Below are positions 57,090-64,000 of a DNA stretch of 64,000 bases, one piece after another; the first letter of the stretch is position 1, and every line of letters begins with the position of its first letter. The stretch spans positions 38,105-102,104 of the forward strand of contig DATLDM010000103.1 of assembly GCA_035525875.1 (NCBI GenBank), given 5' to 3'. A program made the translations under genes and the position numbers. The notes under the pieces were generated by a model. It was not told the origin of the DNA. It was given only the letters and a program-made list of their open reading frames with translations, and made no database searches. This DNA comes from Aestuariivirga sp. (GTDB lineage: Bacteria; Pseudomonadota; Alphaproteobacteria; Rhizobiales; Aestuariivirgaceae).

Positions 57090-59168
57090 ATGAGCAAAGC
57101 CATCAAACTCGCCGCCGATATTGGCGGCACCTTCACCGATATTGTCCTTGAAGCAGGAGCCAAGCGCTGGAGCGGCAAGGTTCTGACCACGACACAGGCG
57201 CCGGAGCTTGGTGTCATCGAGGGCATCGGTCTTGTCCTCGAACAATCCGGGATAAAACCGGCCGACATCGGCGTATTCATTCACGGCACCACCCTTGCCA
57301 CCAATGCGCTTATCGAGCGCAAGGGTGCCAAAACCGCCTTCATCACTACCAAGGGCTTCCGCGATATTCTCGAGCAGGGCTATGAAAAGCGCTTCGATCA
57401 CTATGACCTGATGATTGACCGCTCGGTGCCGCTGGTGCCACGGACCCTGCGCTTCACGGTTGAGGAGCGCCTGTCCGCCGATGGCGACGTTCTGCTGCCG
57501 CTCGATGAATCCGCCTTGCAAAGTCTGGCGCAGCAGTTGCGCGACGAAAATGTGAAGGCCGTGGCCATCGGCTTTCTCCATGCCTATGCCCATGATGGCC
57601 ACGAGCGCCGGGTGCGCGAAATCCTTTCCGCTGCTTTGCCCAAGGACGTAACCATCTGCATCTCCAGCGAAGTGGCGCCGGAATTCCGCGAGTTCGAGCG
57701 TTTTTCGACGGTTGTGGCCAACGCCTATGTGCGGCCGCTCATGGCGGGTTACCTACACCGCCTGCGCGACCAGTTGCGCGGTATGAAAATGGATTGCCCA
57801 CTCTTCCTCATGATGTCCGGCGGCGGACTCACCACCTTGGAAACAGCGGCGCGCTTCCCTATCCGCCTGGTTGAATCGGGCCCGGCAGGCGGCGCCATCC
57901 TTGCTTCCGAAATTGCTGCCGAATGCGCCCTGCCCGAAGTCGTCTCCTTCGACATGGGTGGCACCACCGCCAAGATTTGCCTGCTCACCAATGGCGAACC
58001 CGAGCGCGCCCGCAAGTTTGAAATCGCCCGCGCCTACCGCGACATGAAGGGCTCCGGCATTCCAGTCCGCATCCCAGTCATTGAAATGGTGGAGATCGGC
58101 GCCGGAGGAGGCTCCATTGCCCGCGTCGACAAATTGAACCGTATTACCGTGGGACCCGACAGTGCCGGCTCAACCCCCGGCCCCGTCTGCTATGGCCGCG
58201 GCGGCACCGAACCCGCCGTCACCGACGCCAATCTGGCGCTGGGCAAAATCGATCCCGCCTATTTTGCCGGCGGCAAGATCAAGCTTGATGAAGCCAGCGC
58301 CAAGGCCGCCTTACAAAAGGCCATTGGCAATCCATTGGGCCTCAAGGATTTCTGGCCGGCGGCGGGCGTCACTGAAATCGTCGAGGAAAACATGGCCAAT
58401 GCGGCGCGCGTCCATGCCATCGAGCGCGGCCGCGACATCGCCGCCTGCACCATGATTGCCTTCGGCGGCGGCGCTCCGCTGCATGCCTGCCGGCTTGCCG
58501 AAAAAGTCGGCGTGAAAACCATCATCGTGCCCATGGGGGCGGGCGTTGGCTCTGCCATCGGCTTCCTCCGCGCCCCCATCGCCTATGAAGTCACGCGCAG
58601 CGCCGCGGTCTCGCTTGATGCCTTCAATGCAAAAACCGTGAACACCCTGCTGCACCACATGACAAACGATGCCCGCGCCGTGGTGGAGCCCGCGCTCGGC
58701 AAAACCAAGGCCACGGTGCAGATCATCGCCGACTGCCGCTATGTCGGCCAGGGCCATGAAATCCGAGTAATGGTTCCAGTGAAGACACTAAGTGATGCCG
58801 ACGGCAAAAAGCTCAAGGCTGCGTTCGAGGCCCAATATGAACAGGTTTATGGGCTTCGCATTCCCAATCAGGAGGCAGAAGCCATCACCTGGTCGGTCAC
58901 CGTTTCGTCAATTGCAAAGAAGCCAAAGCGGGCCGCGAAAACCTCCGCTAAATCCACGCCAAAGCCCAGAAGCAAGCGGCTGATCTACGATCCCGCCCTG
59001 GGCAAACAAGTCATGGTGCCCGTCTATTGGCGTTTCGACATGAAGCCCGGGGCCACATTCAAAGGCCCGGCAATTATCGCCGAGGATGAAACCTCAACTA
59101 TCGTGGGCGCCAATTTCAAAGCGAAGATCAACAGCCTGGGCTACATCATTCTGGAGCAATCGAAATGA
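57090..59168 (+). CDS. Hydantoinase/oxoprolinase subunit A
   Basis: DIGGTFTD, HGTTLATNAL, ESGPAGG, DMGGTTAK, GAGGGSIA, GPDSAGSTPGP, FGGGAPLH. Confidence 0.95.
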   Translation: MSKAIKLAADIGGTFTDIVLEAGAKRWSGKVLTTTQAPELGVIEGIGLVLEQSGIKPADIGVFIHGTTLATNALIERKGAKTAFITTKGFRDILEQGYEKRFDHYDLMIDRSVPLVPRTLRFTVEERLSADGDVLLPLDESALQSLAQQLRDENVKAVAIGFLHAYAHDGHERRVREILSAALPKDVTICISSEVAPEFREFERFSTVVANAYVRPLMAGYLHRLRDQLRGMKMDCPLFLMMSGGGLTTLETAARFPIRLVESGPAGGAILASEIAAECALPEVVSFDMGGTTAKICLLTNGEPERARKFEIARAYRDMKGSGIPVRIPVIEMVEIGAGGGSIARVDKLNRITVGPDSAGSTPGPVCYGRGGTEPAVTDANLALGKIDPAYFAGGKIKLDEASAKAALQKAIGNPLGLKDFWPAAGVTEIVEENMANAARVHAIERGRDIAACTMIAFGGGAPLHACRLAEKVGVKTIIVPMGAGVGSAIGFLRAPIAYEVTRSAAVSLDAFNAKTVNTLLHHMTNDARAVVEPALGKTKATVQIIADCRYVGQGHEIRVMVPVKTLSDADGKKLKAAFEAQYEQVYGLRIPNQEAEAITWSVTVSSIAKKPKRAAKTSAKSTPKPRSKRLIYDPALGKQVMVPVYWRFDMKPGATFKGPAIIAEDETSTIVGANFKAKINSLGYIILEQSK

Positions 59169-60835
59169 GCAAGTCGGCCCTTGAAGCCATTCGCACCCAG
59201 GTCATGTGGAACCGCCTGATCGCCGTTGTCGAAGAACAGGCGCAATCGCTGCTGCGCTCGGCCTTCGGCACCATCACCCGCGAGGCGGGCGACCTCTCAG
59301 CCGGCGTCTATAACGCCGAAGGCCACATGATCGCCCAGGCCATGACCGGAACCCCGGGCCACGTAAACACCATGGCCACCGCCGTGGGCCATTTCTTCAA
59401 GCACTACCCTCAATCCACCATGAAGCCCGGTGACGTCTATGTGACCAATGATCCATGGCTCGGCACCGGCCATCTCTTCGATTACGTGATGATGACGCCA
59501 GTGTTCCTTGGTAAAAAGCTCGTCGCATTTTTCGCCAGCACCTGCCACGTGATTGACGTGGGCGGCGTCGGCATGTCGGCCAAGGCCAATTCTTCCTTCG
59601 AGGAAGGAACCCTCATTCCCCATTTGAAAATGCGTAAAGAGGGCAAGATCAATGAGGAGCTGCTCGCGGTGATCCTCGCCAATTCGCGCAATCCCGTTGA
59701 GGTGCGCGGCGATCTTCTTTCGTTGGTGAGCGCCAACGATACGGGCGCACGCCGGTTGATCGAGATGATGACAGAGTTCAAGCTCACAAGTCTGGAGCCG
59801 CTGGCCAAACACATTCTCACCACCTCGGAAAAAGGCGCGCGCGAAGCCATCAAATCGATGCCGGAAGGCGAATGGTCATACGAAATGCCGCTTGACGGCT
59901 ATGAGGGCCCGATCACCCTCAGGTCAAAACTTACCATCAGGAACGGCAAGATCACCATTGACTATACGGGCTCATCAGCCGCGTCCATTTTCGGCATCAA
60001 TTCCCCCCGCACCTATACCCACGCCTATTCCGTCTTCGGCCTCAAGGCGGTGATCGCGCCGCATGTGCCCAACAACATCGGCTCGCTCTCCTGCTTTGAT
60101 CTCATAACAGTGGCGGGCACTTGCGTTGATCCCATCAGGCCCTCGCCCGTCACCGCGCGTCATGTCACCGGCCAGATGCTGGCTGACGCGGTGTTCGGTT
60201 GCCTGGCGCAGGCGCTGCCGGGAAAAGTGCAGGCGGAAAGCGCCGGCTCCATCTGGATTCTCGGATTGAACAGCGCCCATGGCCGCGTGCCCGCCCATGA
60301 AACGGCGAAAGCGAAAGAGTTCGGCGTGATCAGCATCGCGCTCGGCGGCATCGGTGGCAGGCCGGGCAAGGATGGCCTGGCCACCACCGCCTTCCCCTCC
60401 GGCATCGGCGCCATCCCGATCGAAGTCACCGAAAACCAGTGCCCGCTTTATTTTAAGCGCAAGGAATATCTGATGGACAGCGCCGGCGCCGGCGAATGGC
60501 GCGGCGGGCTTTCGCAGACAATCGAAATCGCCAACCGCGAAAAAGCCCCCTTCACCATTTCCGCCGCAACCTTCGACCGCATCAAAAACCCGGCCAAGGG
60601 GCGGCATGGCGGCGGCTCCGGCGTGAAAGGCGTGGCGCGCTTGGGCTCGGGCAAAGCAATCCCCGACAAGGGTATCCATGTCATCCCGACCGGCGACAGC
60701 CTCGTCGTCGAACTCCCCGGCGGCGGCGGCTTCGGCGATCCCAAATCGCGGACACGGGTCCTGGTCGAGGCCGACGTAAAGGCCGGGGTCGTGAGCCCGG
60801 AATCGGCGAAAGAAGATTATTTTCTTGAAAAATAA
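59165..60835 (+). CDS. Hydantoinase B/oxoprolinase subunit
   Basis: REAGDLSAG, NDPWLGTGHLFD, HVIDVGG, EEG, PGGGGFGDP; ATGA overlap with subunit A. Confidence 0.95.
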   Translation: MSKSALEAIRTQVMWNRLIAVVEEQAQSLLRSAFGTITREAGDLSAGVYNAEGHMIAQAMTGTPGHVNTMATAVGHFFKHYPQSTMKPGDVYVTNDPWLGTGHLFDYVMMTPVFLGKKLVAFFASTCHVIDVGGVGMSAKANSSFEEGTLIPHLKMRKEGKINEELLAVILANSRNPVEVRGDLLSLVSANDTGARRLIEMMTEFKLTSLEPLAKHILTTSEKGAREAIKSMPEGEWSYEMPLDGYEGPITLRSKLTIRNGKITIDYTGSSAASIFGINSPRTYTHAYSVFGLKAVIAPHVPNNIGSLSCFDLITVAGTCVDPIRPSPVTARHVTGQMLADAVFGCLAQALPGKVQAESAGSIWILGLNSAHGRVPAHETAKAKEFGVISIALGGIGGRPGKDGLATTAFPSGIGAIPIEVTENQCPLYFKRKEYLMDSAGAGEWRGGLSQTIEIANREKAPFTISAATFDRIKNPAKGRHGGGSGVKGVARLGSGKAIPDKGIHVIPTGDSLVVELPGGGGFGDPKSRTRVLVEADVKAGVVSPESAKEDYFLEK

Positions 60836-60846
60836 TTCCTCGGCTC

Positions 60847-62103
60847 TCAAGCCCCCACTGTCACCCCCGCATCGTCCGGCACCTTTTCGATCGCCGGCAA
60901 TGCCTCGCCCCGCAGCGTCGCTTCAAAGGCCCGCAGGCGCTTGTAGATCGAGATCAGATCGACAATCGTGGTCCAAGAATTGACCAGATATTGAAACGAC
61001 GAACGCACTTGCCTGAAGGCATGCAGAATCCGCTCCATCGTGCCGAGTGTTATTTTTGCTGCCACGATTGTGGGCGCCAGTACGATGAAAGGAAATATAT
61101 TGTCGGTCTGCAGATAGAAAAATCGTCCGATATTGAAATACATGTAATTGAAATAGAGCCGGAAGTAGTTGGCGCGCACTGCGGCGAAGAGCTCTGCCAC
61201 GGTTTGTGGCTGGGCCCGGGTTCCGTCATCCTCGGCGTAGACCAGTTCCTTGCGATAGGCTGCCTCGACCCGCTGGTTGCGGAACTCCAGCCCTGGCAGC
61301 CTGATGCCGATGAGCGCCAGGAAACCCGTGCCAAAGAGCGACCAGACAATGGCGATGACAACCAGCGCATTGGGAATGTGGCCGATCAGCGGAAGTTCGG
61401 TGACATTGGCCGAGAGTTGCATAAGCACTGGAAGAAAGGCAATGAGCGTCATCACCGAATCGATAAGATTGACGCCCAGAACTTCCATGGTGGTCGAAAA
61501 GCGCATGGTGTCTTCCTGCACGCGCTGCGAGGCGCCCTCGATGGAGCGCAGCCGCGGCCAGTTGGCCATGTAGTAATCATTCATCGCAGTGCGCCAGCGG
61601 AAGATATAATGGCTGACAAAAAACCGGGTGAGCACGGCAACAAAAACCGCGACCATGGCAATTCCGGCGAAGGTGGCGAGCTGGCCATAGAATTGCACAA
61701 GTGTCACCTGCCCCGGCGCCGTAAGTGCTTTCTGGACCAAATCATAAAACGGCCCATACCAGGCATTGACGGCAACACTCACCTGCACCTGAAAATACGT
61801 GGTGAAGATGATGAGCGCCGAACCCAGGATGGACCAGCGCGCCCACCTGTGCGGCGCGTACCATTCCCAGAAACCGGCAAAGAGCGCCACGGCCACCGTA
61901 AAATAGATGTAAAACCAGATGAAGGGGCGCGAGAGGAAGACAAAGACGCTCGCCCCCCTGGTCGGATCGTCGGGTGCAGGCAAAAGGCCCAGCGCCGTGC
62001 CCATGCTGTCGCCCGCATAATACCAGAGCAGGATCATGGCGATTGTCCATAGCGCGGTGGACCAGAAGAACAGTTTTGGTGTGGGGAAAAAGGAAACAAA
62101 CAT
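60847..62103 (-). CDS. bacA: Peptide antibiotic transporter SbmA/BacA
   Basis: [98 protein letters not shown]. Confidence 0.93.
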   Translation of the reverse strand: MFVSFFPTPKLFFWSTALWTIAMILLWYYAGDSMGTALGLLPAPDDPTRGASVFVFLSRPFIWFYIYFTVAVALFAGFWEWYAPHRWARWSILGSALIIFTTYFQVQVSVAVNAWYGPFYDLVQKALTAPGQVTLVQFYGQLATFAGIAMVAVFVAVLTRFFVSHYIFRWRTAMNDYYMANWPRLRSIEGASQRVQEDTMRFSTTMEVLGVNLIDSVMTLIAFLPVLMQLSANVTELPLIGHIPNALVVIAIVWSLFGTGFLALIGIRLPGLEFRNQRVEAAYRKELVYAEDDGTRAQPQTVAELFAAVRANYFRLYFNYMYFNIGRFFYLQTDNIFPFIVLAPTIVAAKITLGTMERILHAFRQVRSSFQYLVNSWTTIVDLISIYKRLRAFEATLRGEALPAIEKVPDDAGVTVGA

Positions 62104-62310
62104 GGCCTTGGCCTTTCTGCGCTGGGTGTCATGCGAAGGGTTACCGCAATTTCGGAAAGCCCGCGACTGAACAGTTTGCGTCATGAATCGTTAGACCATG
62201 CATCGTTCAGTATCCAAAAGTTCCATGCCTGGCAGTCAAATAAAGGTGAATTGTACCGCAATTGCCCGTCCTTTAGGTTTCCCCCAGGCGGAAAACCAAA
62301 GGAGAAAAAC

Positions 62311-62967
62311 ATGCGGAATTTAAATATCCTGGCCCTCTTCGTGCCCGTAGCCCTCACCCTAACCGTGGCACCGGCAGCCTTCGCCCAAGACACAAAAATG
62401 GGATTCTTCGTCACCAGCGCCGGCTCCGGCAAGGGCGCCGATCTTGGTGGCCTCGACGGGGCCGACAAGCATTGCCAGACCCTTGCCGAAGCAGCGGGGT
62501 CCACCGGGCAAACCTGGCGCGCCTATCTCTCGACGCAAGGCGATGGCGCGGTGAATGCCAAGGACCGTATCGGTGCGGGGCCGTGGGCCAATGCAAAGGG
62601 CGAGGTGATCGCCAAGGATGTGGCGGAACTTCACGGCACCAACAATCTCACCAAGGCCACCGCCCTTACTGAAAAAGGCGAAGTGGTGAACGGCCGTGGC
62701 GATACGCCCAACATGCATGACATTCTCACGGGCACCCAGTCGGACGGGACGGCATTTGCTGCAGGAGAAGACCGCACCTGCGGCAACTGGACCCTGAGCG
62801 GAGCCGAAGGCGCCGTGATGCTGGGTCATAGCGACCGCACTGGCCTTGATGACTCGGCTCCCGCCAAGTCATGGAACACCTCGCACCCCTCGCGCGGCGG
62901 CTGCAGCCAGGATGCCTTGAAAGGCACGGGCGGCAATGGACTTTTCTATTGTTTCGCCGCGAATTGA
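62311..62967 (+). CDS. Exported lectin-like (endostatin/DUF1554-like) protein
   Basis: GGAG RBS; signal peptide ending AFA; FFVTS...GADLGGLDGADKHCQTLA...WRAYLS...ARDRIG-like KDRIGAGPW...CGNWT...LFYCFA. Confidence 0.75.
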   Translation: MRNLNILALFVPVALTLTVAPAAFAQDTKMGFFVTSAGSGKGADLGGLDGADKHCQTLAEAAGSTGQTWRAYLSTQGDGAVNAKDRIGAGPWANAKGEVIAKDVAELHGTNNLTKATALTEKGEVVNGRGDTPNMHDILTGTQSDGTAFAAGEDRTCGNWTLSGAEGAVMLGHSDRTGLDDSAPAKSWNTSHPSRGGCSQDALKGTGGNGLFYCFAAN

Positions 62968-63110
62968 ACCCGGCTGGCGGTGGCCGGAGCACTCTCCGGC
63001 CCCGCTCAAAAGCCCTGTTAAATTCTCCCCCTCCCATCTTGCAACGCCCGGATTTACCGTTACAGTGAGGAATAATAGTTTCCGTTCGTGAATAATTCCG
63101 GGAGATGTAG

Positions 63111-64000
63111 ATGGCATTGAGTTGGAGATTTTCGGTTCTGGGGGACCGCCACCGCGCTTTGGGTTCAAAGCTTGAAGACTGGTCCGGCATGGGCACGGCC
63201 TGGACTTATGACAAGGACATTTACGCCGAGCACATCGCGGTGCGCACCAAAGCGGGCCTTATGGATGTGTCCGGTCTCAAGAAGGTGCATCTCGTGGGGC
63301 CGCATGCCATTAACGTGCTGGAATACATCACCACCCGCGACATGACCAAGATCTATCCCGGCCGCTCGGTCTATGCCTGCATGCTGAATGACCGCGGGCA
63401 TTTCACCGATGACTGCATCGTCTACCGCACCGGGCCGAATTCCTGGATGCTGGTCCACGGCTCGGGTTCCGGCCATGAGGAAGTGGTGAAGCAGTCGCTG
63501 GGCCGCAATGTGGCCGTGCTGTTTGACGATGACCTCCATGATCTCTCGCTGCAGGGCCCGCTGGCCGTTGATTTCCTGGCCAAGCACGTGCCCGGCATCC
63601 GCGACCTGAAATATTTCCACCATATGCAGACCACGCTTTTTGGCGCACCCGTGATGATCTCGCGCACCGGCTATACCGGCGAGCGCGGCTACGAGCTTTT
63701 CGTGCGGGGCCAAGATGCGCCGAAGATCTGGGATACGATTTTGGCGGAAGGCAAGTCCATGGGCATCATCCCCGTGTGCTTCAGCGTGCTCGACATGCTG
63801 CGGGTGGAAAGCTACCTGCTGTTCTACCCTTACGACAATTCGCAGATGTATCCCTTCGCCAATGAACAGCCCGGCGATTCACTTTGGGAACTGGGCCTCG
63901 ACTTCACCGTGAGCCCCGGCAAGACCGGCTTCCGCGGCGCCGAGGAACACGCGCGGCTCAAAGGCAAGGAGCGCTTCAAGATATTCGGCCTTTTGATCGA
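63111..64000 (+). CDS. GcvT-like aminomethyltransferase (THF-binding; DmmD-like), runs off the window
   Basis: Manual translation from ATG 63111: MALSWRFSVLGDRHRALGSKLEDWSGMGTAWTYDKD...RTKAGLMDVSGLKK...SRTGYTGERGYEL...RVESYL; absent from the ORF track because truncated. Confidence 0.85.
   Translation, partial: MALSWRFSVLGDRHRALGSKLEDWSGMGTAWTYDKDIYAEHIAVRTKAGLMDVSGLKKVHLVGPHAINVLEYITTRDMTKIYPGRSVYACMLNDRGHFTDDCIVYRTGPNSWMLVHGSGSGHEEVVKQSLGRNVAVLFDDDLHDLSLQGPLAVDFLAKHVPGIRDLKYFHHMQTTLFGAPVMISRTGYTGERGYELFVRGQDAPKIWDTILAEGKSMGIIPVCFSVLDMLRVESYLLFYPYDNSQMYPFANEQPGDSLWELGLDFTVSPGKTGFRGAEEHARLKGKERFKIFGLLI

Noticed and set aside
57006-57602. 199-aa N-terminal extension of the LysR ORF
   Set aside because: It overlaps hydantoinase A on the other strand; the HTH begins shortly after ATG 57005.
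62977-63005. Hairpin GCCGGAG-CACT-CTCCGGC after the lectin-like gene as an intrinsic terminator
   Set aside because: There is no U-tract on the sense strand; it may be a stabilising hairpin but is not supportable as a terminator.

Overview
This is a GC-rich alphaproteobacterial chromosomal window (Hyphomicrobiales-like, inferred from gene content). I found no rRNA, tRNA, CRISPR array, integrase or transposase. 1-10 kb holds core genes: ferredoxin reductase and ferredoxin, a lone Hpt protein, a 1395-aa GPR/RgsE/TipN-like polar scaffold, a dipeptide epimerase, an MFS transporter and a PLP dehydratase. 10-27.7 kb is an amine/C1 block: a histamine/trimethylamine-dehydrogenase-family flavoprotein, an L,D-transpeptidase, an mhqD/mhqO-like pair, a DUF559 gene bracketed by palindromic repeats, LacI-frmA-gfa, DUF1615, and a DeoR-linked kinase/GcvT/GcvT/kinase operon. 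27.8-31.7 kb is an orphan Mo-hydroxylase operon with MoaD. 31.7-34.2 kb is an accessory patch with a REPIN-like element and a hypothetical gene carrying a putative LexA box. 34.2-56 kb is one long minus-strand purine catabolism cluster (uraH, xdhABC, ABC transporter, puuD, uraD, guaD, puuE, hyi, glycerate kinase, allE, allA, fucU/rbsD, rbsK). 56-64 kb holds LysR, hydantoinase A/B, sbmA/bacA, an exported lectin-like protein and a GcvT-like gene. The strongest novelty candidates are: (1) a ~1.7-kb AT-rich mini-island integrated in the puuE 3' end (62-bp direct repeats, swapped gene ending) carrying a ComF-like PRTase plus a SLOG-HTH fusion under a palindromic operator, a ShosTA-like putative toxin-antitoxin/defence module whose PRTase is frameshifted; (2) a urate oxidase PuuD with a 300-aa tandem duplication of its membrane domain; (3) the DUF559/REP-like cassette; (4) the double-kinase/double-GcvT catabolic operon. 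All family assignments come from motif recognition and recall, not database searches.
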